Assembly: GCA_025558095.1 (NCBI GenBank)
Contig: JAIVFI010000029.1
Location: 248,001-312,000 of the forward strand
Origin: Hyaloraphidium curvatum SAG 235-1
Taxonomy: Eukaryota; Fungi; Monoblepharomycota
Direction: 5' to 3'
Length of the DNA: 64,000 nt
The notes below the pieces were generated by a model. The model worked only from the letters and a program-made list of their open reading frames with translations. It made no database searches and was not told the origin of the DNA. Below are positions 11,532 through 24,435 of the stretch, one piece after another; position 1 is the stretch's first letter; each line of letters begins with the position of its first letter. Position numbers and translations under genes: made by a program.

Positions 11532-13464
11532 ATGGGCAGGCACCGGAAAGCCAAGCCGTTCATCGACGGTACCGATGCCGGCACGCGGCACTACCGCCTC
11601 GTGCACCGCTCGCAGCGGGACCCCCTCCAGGCGGACGAGACCGCGAGCAAGATGGTGCTCCAGGCCGTCCCCCGCTCCGCCAACCTGCTGTCGGGGAAGC
11701 GGGCGTGGCAGGACGCCAGCGGCCGGGTATTGGAACCGGGGACATTCGAGGAGGAGGAGTATGTGGAGGGAGAGGGCCCGGACTACGAGGTGGAGGGCTC
11801 GGAGGACTTTGACGACGAAGACGGGTGGGAGGACGAGGAAGGCGAGCCGGCCGGCTCCGACGGCGACTGGGAGACCGATGAGGAGGCGGAGGAAGAGGGG
11901 AAGGATGCGGAGTCGGCCAAGAAGGGGCCTGCGGAGGAGCCGGCCCCAATGGCCAAGCCCGACACGAAGGGCAAGGGCAAGGGGCCCGCCGTCGACGAGG
12001 ACAGGATCGGGCAGGCCCCGCTCTACGGCATTTTCCTGGACGACCGAGAGTACGACTACACGAAGCACCTGAAGCCCATCGGCGAGCACGGCGACGCGGT
12101 GTTTGTCGCGGCGCGGAAGGCCGAGCCGGCCCGCAAGACGGGCGGCGCGCTCGAGTTCAGGGAGGAGGAGAGGAAGGTCCGGTTTGAGCTCCCGGAGGAG
12201 GTGCTGCCGAGTACCGTCGAAGACGAGGTCGGCCTGCTCAACCGGGCGGCGGAGAACAAGAGTAAGTGTTTTGATCTTTCAGTGCGGTCCCATCTGACGC
12301 TTGATCCTGGCAGACCTCATGCTGGAGGTTGATCCCGACGTGCGCGAGGTGCTGTATGCCCTCGAAGACGAGGCATACGTTGACGAGGAGCTGGACGACG
12401 ACTTTTTCGGGCAGCTGGACAGCGAGGAACCCGTTCCCGGCGCAGGCCCCGATGGGGAAGCTGACGAGGAAGAAGAGGACCCGGTCTGGGGCGACGTCAA
12501 GCGGTTCAAAAAGTCGGGCAAGGCGGCGCCGGCGCCGAAAGCAGCCGGCTCGGGCTCGGAGGACGGGGAAGAGGAGGACGGCTACTCGTCCGAGGGCAGG
12601 GAGGACGGCCTGTCCAAGTTCTCCATGACCTCGTCGGCGCTGTTCCGCAACAAGCACCTGACGCTGCTGGACGATCGCTTCGACAAGATGCTACAGGACG
12701 AGTACGACGAGGAGGATGAGGACGAGGAAGACGGCGAGGAGGACGATGGGAGCGGGGACGGCGACCACGCCGACAACCCCGAGCCGACTACCTGGACCCG
12801 CGCCCAGATGACGGAGCACATCCTCTCCCAGTTCCTCGCCGAGACCTCGCTCCAAGGCCGCAGCCTGATCCCGTCTGACGATCCGATGGAGGAGATGGAC
12901 ACGATCCGGACCGAGCTCAAGGCGATGCTCCGGCCCGCGGACCTCGCGCCCGCCGCGGCAGCACCGTCCAAGGCGTACGAGCTCGTTTCGGAGGACGAAG
13001 AGGACGAAGAAGAGCGCCGATGGGACGTGGAGACTGTGCTCACCACCTACTCGAACGCGTACAACCACCCGGCGGTGCTGGACGCCTCGGCGGCGGCGCG
13101 GAGAAGGCGGGACGGGGCCGAGAAGATCGAGATCGACGCCAACGGGATCCCCGTGTCGTGGTTGGAGAAGCGGAGGGAGGAGGAGCGCAGGAAGAGGGAC
13201 GCGAGGATGGGCAAGGCGGCGCCGGCGGCCGAGTCGGACGGTTCGGACGGCGAGGAGGAGGCGAGGGTCAACAAGGGGGCGGCGCGGACCAAGGGCGAGA
13301 GCAAGGAGGAGAAGAAGGCGCGCAAGGAGGCCGTCAAGGAGGAGAAGCGGGCGGCGCGGGAGCAGAAGAAACAGCTCAAGGAGGCGTTCAGGTTGGAAAA
13401 GGGGGAGATGGCCAAGACGGCCAAGCAGCGGGCGGGGGAAAAGGGCCGCATCCGGATCGCGTGA
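11532..13464 (+). CDS. LTV1: Pre-40S biogenesis factor Ltv1
   Basis: YRLVHRSQRDPL, YDYTKHLKPIG, FSMTSSALFRN, WDVETVLTTYSNAYNHP; intron 12262-12313. Confidence 0.93.
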
Positions 13465-13496
13465 TGTACTGGGCCAAATTGCCAGCTCCTACACCA

Positions 13497-15448
13497 CTAT
13501 TTGCCGTTTGCCTTGTCGATATCACTCGGCTTCAAGATCATGCCTCTCCGCTTGACGACCTTGCCCTGCAGCATCTCGTCCTCGAGCGCGCGCTCGTCAA
13601 ACACAGGGTTGGGCTGCGTCTTTTCGTACGCCTTTGCCAGGAACAGCGGCTCCTTCTCCGCCGCCTCTGCGTGTTTGAGGAACGCCTCCCTGGCGTCCTC
13701 GAACGCGCGTGGGTTCTTGGGCACCACGGTGCGGTACAGGGCCTCGCTGAGCGAGGTGCCGACGTTGCCGCCCTTGCCCTGGCCGGTGATCGGCGCGTCG
13801 GGCCGGCGGGCGACGCGCGAGGCGCTGTAGGCCTTGTCGACCTTGCGGGGCTTCTTGAGGAGCATGGCTTCCTCGTTGATTTTGTCGCCCGTCGGCGTGA
13901 AAATCGGGCTGCCGGCCGACGGGTCAGCGTGCGAACTCCAGGATGACGTGGCCGCCAGATTACCCACCCGTCGTATTCGACCTCGTCCACGGCCCGCTTC
14001 TTGGCCGCCTTGCCCAGCGCCTGCTTGACGCCCTTCATCGAGTAGACCGGGTCGTACCTGACCCTGACGGCTGCGTCGGAGCACCCGACCACGATCTGGT
14101 TGATCTTTGCGCTCCAGAGCACCCGCACCGCGGAGCCCTCGGGGACCGCCTCGACCTCCCCCGCGACCGAAAAGTCCTCGCGCCGCAAAAATACCAGCTT
14201 GCCCGCGCCCTCCTTGCGCGCGGCCGTGCCCAGCAGCACCGTCCGCTCGTCGGGCGAGAAGACGGCGTTGTGCTCCGGCGCCGCCGCGGGCAGCTCCCCC
14301 CTCTTCAGGAGGGGCGCCTTCATGCTCCGCAGGTCCCACAGCTTGACGGTATCGTCCGTCGCCCGCGTCAGCAGCGTCCTCCCGTCCGCGGACCACACCA
14401 GCCCGCCGACCTCTGCGCCGAGCATGTGCGCGCCCTCGACCAGGTGCGCGGGGTTGACGAACGGGCCGCCCGAGGGGAACACGCGCAGGGTGCCGTCGAC
14501 GGCGGCACCGGCGACGAGCTTGCCGTCGGGGGAGAAGCACGCGGCGGTGACCTGGGTCCGCAGACCCGCTGGCCCGCCGGCGCCGGCGCCGCGGGCCTTT
14601 GATCGGAACACGATGACCTCCTTCTGGCTGCGCTTGCGCTCGGCGTCCCATATGCGCACCGTGCTGTCGGCGCCCGCGGTGACGAACAGCGCGGGGTCGA
14701 AGGGGTGGAAGCGCGCCGTGGCCAGCGGGGCCACGTGCCCCTTTGTGTTGCGCATGTCGGCCAGGTACATGTCGCCCTTTGCGTACTCGACCAGCATCTC
14801 GCCCTCGCGGTCGAACAGCTTGGGCACGGCCGACGTGGTTGCGGCCAGGAACGAGTCGCCCGACGGCGACCACGACAGGTCGCGCACGGGGCAGCCCTCG
14901 ACGGGCTCGATGCCCTTGAACGAGCGCAGACCGGCGTCCATCCCCGCGAAGTCCCAGAAGCGCACGGTGTAGTCTGCCGAGCCGGTCAGGAGGCGGTTGC
15001 CGGCGGGGTCGAGCGCGGCGGCGACGACGGCGCGGGTGTGCGCGCGCAGCACGGCCTGCTCGGCGACGGGCAGCACGGAGAGCGCGTCGACGTCGTCGGC
15101 GTAGTCGCCGTCCGACGCGTCGTCGTCCGAGTCGTCCGCCGGCCCAGGGGCGCGTCCGTTCCCGCCCGCTGCCCCGCCCGGCGGCAGCGGCCCCACGACG
15201 TCGCCGTCGCTGTCGTCCTCCGGCTCCGCGCCGTCCTCCGCATCCTCCGCCGGTGCTCGGTGGCCGTTTCCCGGCGCCGCATCGCGCGCGGGTGCCGCGC
15301 GGGGCGGTTCTGCGCGGGCCGCGGCTGCCGGCGCCGGGGCCCTCTCGGGCACGGCTGGCGCGCTGGGCGTCGGAGCGGCGGCCGGCTTCCTTTTACCGAA
15401 GCCGCCGTTCACCATGGCAAGGAGCGAGTCCCACTCGGACCCGGACAT
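13497..15448 (-). CDS. WDR70: WD40 protein WDR70/GAD-1
   Basis: FWDFAGMD, KGDMYLADMRNTKGH, PITGQGKGG, FLAKAYEKTQP; one intron near 13910-13968. Confidence 0.9.
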
Positions 15449-15683
15449 CGTGAATGAGGTGGAGGTGGAACCGCCGGACGCCCATCACTTCCCGCCCTTC
15501 CCACGTCTCGTCTCGTCCTAGAACCGCCAATCGGAAGGTGAGCCACTCTAAGGCATCGCCAGACATCTGGCATGCACACTGCATGGACCGTGGCCCGCCG
15601 GATCGGCCCCAAGATGCCCAGCACCCCTCCAACGAGCCCCCACAGAGGTTACCGCCTCCCGTGGCCAGCCTCCCGTGGCCAGC

Positions 15684-16205
15684 CTAAGTATCAGACAGCA
15701 GCAGCTCGCTAATGTCCCAGTCCTCGTACGAGCCGTCCGGCAGGTACCTGCGCACCATGAGCGGCAGCGTGCCCTCGCGCAGCTCCTTCATCGCAATCTC
15801 GAGCGGGTCCGTCTCGCCCTCGAGGTTGACGGTCACGGGCGCGTTCATCGAGATCTGCAGCGCGCGCGTGCCGAGCAGCCGTGCGCGCTCGTACTTTGTC
15901 AGGTACGGCGTGGTGGTCCGCTGGTCCTTCGGGATGGCCTTGCCTGCGCCGGGGTCGGCGGGCTTGCCGGCGCCGGCGGCGGTCTGGTGCGTGCCGGCGG
16001 TGCCCTGGCCGCCCTGGTCGCCGTCTGCCGCGTCGGGCTCCGGCTCGTCGAACTGCGCGCCGTCGTCTGCCGCGTCCGCCCCGCCGTCCGCCGCCTCGGC
16101 GCCCTCGTAGTCCTCCGGCTCCTGGTCCTCCTCGTACTCGATCACGTCCTCCTCCGCGCCGCCGTCCTCGTCGAAGCGGTCGTCGTCGTCGCCGTAGTCG
16201 GACAT
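15684..16205 (-). CDS. RPB6: RNA polymerase I/II/III shared subunit Rpb6
   Basis: [38 protein letters not shown]; acidic N-terminal tail from ATG 16205. Confidence 0.97.
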   Translation of the reverse strand: MSDYGDDDDRFDEDGGAEEDVIEYEEDQEPEDYEGAEAADGGADAADDGAQFDEPEPDAADGDQGGQGTAGTHQTAAGAGKPADPGAGKAIPKDQRTTTPYLTKYERARLLGTRALQISMNAPVTVNLEGETDPLEIAMKELREGTLPLMVRRYLPDGSYEDWDISELLLSDT

Positions 16206-16511
16206 CGCGGGGAGCGCGGGAAGGAAAGAAAAGAGGGGAGGGCGCCTCGGAGGCCTCCTAGGGCGCCTCAGGCCGGCAGCGCACCGCCGCCGTGCAGAGG
16301 AGTGCTCTCTGCTGTTGGCACGCGGTGCCGCGGGCTGCCGCTGCACGCGATGGCCGCGAGGGGGACGGTTGTTCAAATGCTGATGATCGCCGACTCGACC
16401 GCAGTTGTTGCCCCGACGCGTCTTCCGCGCTTCCGGCTTCCGCGCCGCGGATCGCCCATGGCGGCGATACGGACAGCTCTCTATTGCGCCTGAACACGCC
16501 TTCCGCACCCA

Positions 16512-19500
16512 ATGGCCGCGCAGGACCGCGCCGCCGCGCGTGCCTCCCTGGTGCGGCTGCTCCGGCCCGCGGAGCGCCCGCGCGCCCTGGCTCCCGTCAA
16601 ATACGTGCTCCTCGACGGCGAGCGCAAGAACAGGCTGGTCGCCGTCGTGGTGTCCACGGAGGGCTTCGGCGACGAGGCGAGGTGGGCCGCCCCCCGAACG
16701 ACCCCCGGCAACGGCCCCGGCACTCACCGCGCAACCCGGCCAGCGTGTTCGTGTGGAAGCGCATCGATGACCAGAGGGCCGTGCTGTACCTGGTCATCCC
16801 GATCCTGAAGGATTTCAGGATCGGCGTCGGTGGGCAGCACCCTCCCACCGACCCGCAGGAAGCTGACCCCCGGCAAACCCCCGCAGCCCCGGCCTTCGGC
16901 TCCTCCTCGGCCTCGCAGCAGGTCGTCCTCTCCATCGGCCGCGTGTCGGTGATCCTCGAGGCCGCGGACGCGTCGTCGGGGCTGCAGGAGATCATCGCCG
17001 AGGCGACGCTGTACCGCAAGTCGGCAGAGGCGAGGGGATACGCGCGGGAGGGCTTCAGGTGGGGCCCGTCGGGGTGCTGTGCAAGTGGAAGCGCCGGCTC
17101 ACAGCTGTTTGGACGCACGCCTCGCCTGCTTGCGCCCTCCCAGCCACCGGTGGATCCAGTACTACGCCCTCCGCACCAACCTCCTCCTCGGCCCCTCTTC
17201 CGTGGAATGGGTCCGCCCCCCGACCCCCGCGACCCCCTCGGCCGCGACCGGCTCCGCCGAGGACATGGACGCCGGCGCCCTGGCGCAGGAAATCCAGGCC
17301 CCGATCACCACGACCACCACGACCGCCCGCGCGGCGGCGCTGGACCCCAACGCGTACAACCCCGCGGTGTACTTTGCCTCGGCGGTGCCGGCGCGCGCCG
17401 TGGGGCTGGTCAGGGACACGTGGGTCGCCAAGGAGCTGGCAAAGACCGAGGCGTCCTTCACGGGATGGGAGGAGCTGCGGGTTTTAGTGGGGACGTACAA
17501 CGCGGGGGGGAAGCTGGTGTCGCAGCCGCTGGCGCCGTGGCTGAAGGCGCCGGAAAAGGACAAGGGGGCGCCGCCGGACCTGCTGGTCCTGGGCCTGCAG
17601 GAGATCGACGCCTCCACCCAGGCGTACCTCTACAACGACGCCACCATACCCAACTACTGGCTTTCCTCAGTCTCTCGCGCCCTGGACGACGCGGGGTACA
17701 ACTCGGCCAACTACCGGCTCGTGGCGCAGGCCAAGAACGTCGGCATGTTCGTCGCCGTGTACGTTCGGCTGCCACTGCTGGACGCCGTGCGCGACGTGTC
17801 TACGACCTACGTAGGCACGGGCCTGCTCTGGCGCATGGGGAACAAGGGCTGCGTGGCAGTGCGCATGCGCGTGCACGACTCGTTCGTGTGCGTGGTGAAC
17901 GCGCACCTGGCCGCGGACGTGGAGGCGGTCGAGAGGCGCAACGCCGATTTCGCGGACATCATCCGGCGGGCCGAGTTTCCCTGGGTCCGGCCGGGGGAGG
18001 TGCTCGGTGCGGACGGGTACGTGACGGGGGTGTCGCTGGGAGAGGGGGTGGGCAGGGAGCGGTACGGGTTGCTGACGGCCGCGACGAGGGAGTGGCGCGA
18101 GATGGGTATTGCGGCGGGGCCGCCCAGGCCGGGTGGGGGTGCGGGGGTGTTTGACGCCGAGTGGGTTCCATCGTGCTGCCTGCCCGATCGAATGCTCACG
18201 CCCGGAAAGCCACCTGATCTGGCTCGGAGACCTCAACTACCGCATCGCCATGGGGTCCTCCGACATTCGCGCGGCATTAGCGGGCGGCCGCCTCGCTGAC
18301 CTCTTGGCGGCGGACCAGCTGCGGGCGCAGCGCGCCCGCGGGACCGCCTTTGCTGGTTTCCGGGAGGCACCGCTCAGTTTCCCCCCCACGTACAAGTTCG
18401 ACGTGGGCACCAACACCTACGACACGTCGGAGAAGCAGCGCGCGCCCGCGTGGCCGGATCGGATCCTGTGGTGCGACCCACCCCCCGCCGACGGCGAGGG
18501 CGGCCCGGCGGTCGAATGTGGCTGGTACCGCTCCGCGCCGGAGCTCACCGGGAGCGACCACAAGCCCGTGTCGGCGATGCTTAGGCTGCGAGTGCGGAGG
18601 ATTAACAGGCCCGCGTTCGACGAGCACCACCTGCTCATCAACAGGCTGCTGGACAAGTACGAGGTCGGTCGGCCGGGCGGTCGCGCGGGCCCGAAGCTGA
18701 CAGCGGAAGCAGAACGACGCCTACTCGGACGTCTCTTTGTCAACCAACATGGTCGATTTCGGCGAGGTCAGGTACCTCGCGGAGGCATCGGCCGAGATCA
18801 TCGTCGAGAACGTCGGCAAGATCGCCGCGAACTTTGACATCCTCTTTCCCAGCGAGCTGCAGGCCCCGCCGGATCCGCAAGCCCGAAAGCCGGCGAGCAC
18901 ATGGCTCGCCCCGACGCCTCAGACGGGCACGCTGCTGCCAAAGGCCTCGGTGCCCGTCAGGCTGGTGGCGGCGCCCGGTGCGGAGGCGCTTCGGACGCTG
19001 AACCGCGGGGAGCCCATGGACGAGGTGCTGGTCGTGCGCGTGCTGAACGGGTCGGAAAAGTTCGTGAGTGCGTCGGGGCGTTTCCTTCCTTCGTGCTTCG
19101 GGGTAGGTGGACTTGGCGCCTGCACTTGAAACCTCATAACGACGGACCCCCATCGAACAACAGCTCTCGCTCCGGACCTATAGCGCCCTGGCTGCTTCTG
19201 GCAAGAGCGTCCGCGAGCTGGGCGCCGCGGCGCTCCCCGGCCTTGCACCGACCGGGAAGCGGGAGATCCCCGAATCCCTCCCGACACCCCTGGTCCGGAT
19301 GGTCAACTGGCTCATGCAGCACGGTATGGACGTGGCGGGCCTATTTTCGGGCTCCAGATCGGCGAATCCGAAGCTGGAGCTGTACATCCGCGAATGCCTG
19401 GACCTGGACATGGAGTGGAGCGACTCGTTGCTCACCGGGCGCGAGCTGGGCCGCAGCGATTCGCAGCTGGCCGCCCCACGGAGCGTGTCGGACGACATCC

Positions 19501-20048
19501 TGGCCGGCGCTTGGGAGGCCACGCTGGCCAAACCCAACGACAAGGCCCTCGCGGTGCACTGCATGTCGGGGTGCCTGCTGCGGTTCCTGGCCGACCTGGA
19601 CGAGGGCGTAGTGCCGTCACGACTGGTGCCCAGGCTGGTCACCGACGGATCGAGCACGGTCACCTCGGCGACGATGCTGCTGCGGCAGCTTCCGGACCTC
19701 AATTTCAACGCCTTCATGTTCGTAGTGCAGTACCTCAAGGAGCTCCTGGCAAACTACCCTTTCCCGGACCAGATGTCTCCGGAGCTGCTCGGTAGGTGTT
19801 GGATGTCCACGTCGCGATGCTGCATGCTGATCGTGGCCGGCCCCTTCGACGCTGCAGCGAGCACTTTCGCACCGGTGCTCATCAGAACACCGGCTGGGGC
19901 GGCGAACGATTTCCAGCTCCCCAGGAAACTGGTGACGTTCTTGCTACTGTTCCTCGCGGATGGCGGCGATGGCGTTGGCCTCGGGATTACGCAGGCCGCT
20001 TTGCCTTTGTACGGTAGTGGGGCTGTATTAGCAAACCGGACTTTCTAA
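16512..20048 (+). CDS. Inositol polyphosphate 5-phosphatase, OCRL/INPP5B type (5-phosphatase, ASH and RhoGAP-like domains)
   Basis: [35 protein letters not shown]; downstream VDFGEVRY and FLPSCFG, then a RhoGAP-like helical region; about 7 introns. Confidence 0.9.
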
Positions 20049-20998
20049 CCGATGTCTGACCTAACAACCAGATAGGTCTGACTGACCCGGCCGTGCTTTG
20101 CTTTTGGTGAAAGACCGTTCCATCCAGGCCATGGCGTTTTTGCAAAGCAGTATTTCGGAGTGTCCGGATTGTGTCCGGAGGCTTTGTAAATACACACACG
20201 TGGCGCCGCTTACGTGGCGCTCGTCGCAAGAACTACAAAAGCGGCGCCCGGGTGAATCGCCCGCGGACACCATCACCCACAACTCGGCCCCTTTGCTCCC
20301 CAGCATAGAGCGATGCGGGCCCGCAAGCGCAAGAAAAGCTTCCCGGTCGCGCTCTCGCTGTTGGGGGCGCTGTCCTGGTGGGAGCGCGAGCGCCGCGTGT
20401 GCCCCGTCCCCGTCGCCTTCTCACGGCGTCTTTCGACAGTGCCGGTGCCGTCAGGCACAGGAGCCTCATCCACGACGGCCGTGTTCTCGGCTCATTGAGA
20501 GAAGTAGGTCTCACGGGGTCGCGCCGGAACGACACACCGACCTGACCATTCTCCAGCACCCATTTTCTCTTCTTTTTTTCGCTTCTTTCTTTCTGTTACC
20601 GACTGCAACGACGGAGGGGCGACGAGCGCACGGGCGCTGCGCGGCGCCGAGGGCCGGAGACCGCCGATCGACTCGAGCTGGACTCCACGTGCATCCTCTT
20701 GCACCCCTTGGCATTGCGCGCAACTGTGGGGCTCGGAGCTCCATCAAGCCTACCTGCATGTGCACTATCCTGCCCGTCGCCCATGGATCTCCAACGTTGC
20801 CTTGGTGGTGAAACAACGTGTGGGTGCAAGCCTGCATTCGCCCTGCGAGCGTGCCGGCCAACGCCTTGCAGATTGATCTGGAGAATTCGTGGGCAGGGAA
20901 GGGATATCAGGTGGCAAGTCGTTGATGACAGTAGCCAGAAAACTAGTAGCGGCGTCGAGACCGTCGCAGGGAATAACACTGAGTGATCTCAACGCCAA

Positions 20999-23900
20999 AT
21001 GTCCATTCTCCTGGGCGGGTCGGACGCGTCGGAAGAGCCCCTTCTCGTCGAGTCTCGCACTATCCGGACTAGAAATGGCACCGATGCCGACCTGGAGCGC
21101 GCCCAGGTCCCTGCAGGGGACGCCGATGCCCGGACGCTACTCCTTCGGTCGATGGACCGAATCCGGAGCGACCTGTCGCCGGAGGAGAACAATGTGCCCG
21201 AAGCAGTCGATGCGGCATTGTCGGAACCCTTGGACTTTCTCATGGTGCCGGTCCGGGACCTGCGGGTGACACAGGCGGAGACCGCGTCGCGTCTGGCGGA
21301 GTCCAGGTACTTCGGCGACTTTGCCTCGCCGGCCCGCTTTCCGGAGGACTTGGTTGCCGCGCGGACAGTCTTCTTGGATAGACATCTGCCTCAGCACCTC
21401 CATTTCCTTTTGGTGGACCGCTGGGCTCTGAGGTCTGCCGCCGGCGTTTCCTCGGATGTCACTCGGCTTTTGAATGCTTACTTCGGTGGGAACCCACGGC
21501 TCTGGCACCGAAGGTCATTTGATTGATTGGTGACTTGGCGCGCCCAGTGGGCCCGTCTGCGAATCCTCATGCTTCGCTTTCCGTGCTCTCGGCTGCTCTG
21601 GTGCGAGGGGCAGTGCAGGTCCATTCGACCGTGGTTGTCACCGCGATCGAGCTCCTCTCCCAACTGATCCGAAGATTCACGGTGCTGGACTTTCTTCTTT
21701 ATGCCGAAGCACTCGGGAGCCTCGGTCAGCAAAGCATCCGCCCTTCCGGAACCGCTCCAAAAGACCAAGGAAGCAAGAGCCGCGTCGTGCAGCGGAGCCG
21801 GACGTTGTGGTCGGATTGTGTCGACTCTCTGTGTGCTATCCCCGACAGGGTTGCGGGCGCATCTTTTGGGAAGAGCTCCGACGAGAACCTCTGGCATGAG
21901 TGAGTGCGCACGCAGCACAGTTGGCCGTTCACCGCCGATCTCCCCTCGACAGGAACTTCTTCGCTCGGCTCGCCTTGGATTTGGAGCACGCCGTGCACTC
22001 GTTGTCGTTTGGGCCGCGGTCCACATCGTCGGAGGGTCTGCTTGCACTCGCGGAGCTGGTATCGAAGCTTGCGCGACTCAACCGCCTGGACACCGTCTTC
22101 GAATCCTGCTTTCCCGCGATTTGGAAGAGGGTCGTGGGAGATGGCGGGCGCGAGTACCTTGCTGCGTGGAACGCTGTGCTCGGAGACGTCCCGGAGCTGG
22201 ATCGCGTTGTGGAGGCCATCTTCCGGGCACTGGAGGTCCGCGTTCTCGCGAGAGACACCTCGGGCTCGACAGTTCGCGAGCTGGCGCAGCGATTCGTGGT
22301 TCCCATTCTCGACAACGTGCGGAGCGGCGACAGCACGTTCCAGCGGTTGCTGTGCGAGAAGTTCCTGCTGCAGCGAACGTTTTCGACGGCCGCCCTGCGA
22401 CTCATCTTTGCTGCTTGCGACGTCCGTCACTTGGAACGGGGAGACCGGGGACAAGAGCGCTCCGCACAGTGGACGGTCCCTGTTGCGGAACTTCTGCTCC
22501 GGACGTGGACGTCGCGGGACTGGATCGCAAGAGTCGGCGACCACCAGCACAAGTGTCAGTACCGTGCGTCGTTGGAAATCACCCCACACTGACGCGATCC
22601 ACCAGATGTTACGTGCGCTCTTCTTGCTTTGCTCCCGTACTTTGGCGCTCGAGGTGGCCGAAATGGTGTCCTGTTGCCTTCTTCGGCCCGATCCTGCTTC
22701 GTGTCGGGTTTCGGACAGTACCTGAGTGCAACGGAGCCGAGGATCAGAACAAGGGGCATGGTCGTCGGGGAGGAAATCAGCAAGGTCGTGGCCGCCGGCT
22801 TTCAATTGGAAGCCGCCAGCGGTCCCACAGCGCCTGACGCATGGCCGGATTCCCGGAAGATGCGATTGGACTTCGGCCTCGCGGACGAGGGAGAGGTCGC
22901 GGACCTGCGTGCGCTCGCCAGCGAAAGCTTTCCGGACGCGCCCTCTCCGACCGTATTGGACACCCTCTTTGGTGGTCTTCGACTCTCTTCTGGACCTTCA
23001 GAAGCAGCTGCTCGCGAAACTTTGCCGGGTACCAGCTTGCCCTCCAGAGCTGCAGAAGTAGCATCTGACTCCGATGACGACGACGACGGGGCGGCCGGCG
23101 ACGAATGGGACGATCTCGAGCCGTACGACTTTGATGCGGACGAGTTTCCCGGGTCGAAGCAGACCGCCCCGGAGACGAAAAGCGGCTCGTCGCAGTGGTC
23201 CAAGAGCCTGACTCCGCCATCCACGATGGCGGTGAAGGATACCAACAACGTCAAGATCATGCCGCCCGTGTACGTCAGGGAGCTGCTCGCTTACCTGCGC
23301 GCATCGTCCGAGGACGTCACCAAGCAGGAGCTGGCTCTGCAGCACGCCGTGTCGGTGATTCGTGCGATGCACGACATGGATTGGACGGATCACGGCCCCG
23401 AGCTGGCCTTGTCTCTCGTGAGGTTGGACGATTCTTACGAGCTCGACGACTTCGACAAGCTCCGCGGCACGGCCTTGCGGGAAACGGTCTCTCGCGGAGC
23501 CAAGCACGTCATCCCCGCGCTGGTTTCCGCTTTCTACGACCGAAATTTCTCTCTCTCTCAGCGGCTGCTGTTGCTGGATTGCTTGGCTTCCGCTGCACGG
23601 GACCTCAGCTCGCTCGATGACGATCCTGCCCTGGACGACCCTACCCTCGTCTCTGTATCCGCTGCGACATCCAAAAGCCTGGATGGAGTTCCGTCGGGCC
23701 GCGCGGAAAGCCTGCAGGCCTTGTCTGAACGCATCGCCGAGAACACCAGGCGGTTCTCGCGCAAGTCGGTCGTCGATCGGGCCAAGAAACCGCCGAAGCC
23801 CAACCGGTGGACCCCGCACGCGGAGGCGGCCATTCTTCCCCTCATTGGGCGCCTCGGTTCACGCTCTAACGCATGGGACCCGCTGCGAAACGGCGGCTCC

Positions 23901-24350
23901 GAGACTCCCCTGCTCCTCGATCGCCTGCTGATGTGCGCTACCGCCATGGTGTGGTGCTCGGCACATCTTTTGGCAATGAGGCGACTGTGTCGAGAGCTTT
24001 TTGACTTTGCGTGGAGCCTGCGGACACTCCCTTCGTCCGCCCGCGACGCCGATGCCGCCTCGGCAGAAATGGACCGTTCTGACGTGCCTGCGACCGTCGC
24101 CCTCGCGATCACCGTGGCTTTCTCCATGCTATCCCAGGTCTCCTTCAGCAAGAGTTCCTCACTGGCCATCTTTTACGACGCCTACACCGATCGCGAGGTG
24201 GATGCCGTCGCAGAGTGGGCGATGGACCTGCTGGACGAGGGCATAGGCGGGGAAGACCACCGAATGCGGGCCAGCACTCTGATTGCGACGATCAGAGACA
24301 TACTCGAGGCTCGTAGGGCGGAGGTCTTTGGCAGCGAAGCGTTGTACTGA
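20999..24350 (+). CDS. TEL2: Telomere length regulation protein Tel2 (TTT complex)
   Basis: RTRGMVVGE, acidic SDSDDDD linker, DLEPYD, PPVYVRELLAYL, FSLSQRLLLL, TRRFS; 3 introns near 21514, 21900 and 22553. Confidence 0.88.
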
Positions 24351-24435
24351 TTGAGGAGAGAAATGGGTGATGACTTTGACTGATCGCAAACAACTCGACA
24401 AACCTTCGTTTTCGGTTCGGGCCGGGCCTTTCGGG

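Noticed and set aside
20050-20998. Telomerase RNA or RNase P/MRP RNA next to TEL2
   Set aside because: No CTAACCCTAA-like template and no paired P4 consensus elements found.
24367-24384. GTGATGA...CTGA box C/D-like pair between TEL2 and NOC3
   Set aside because: Boxes are only ~6 nt apart, with no guide and no flanking stem.
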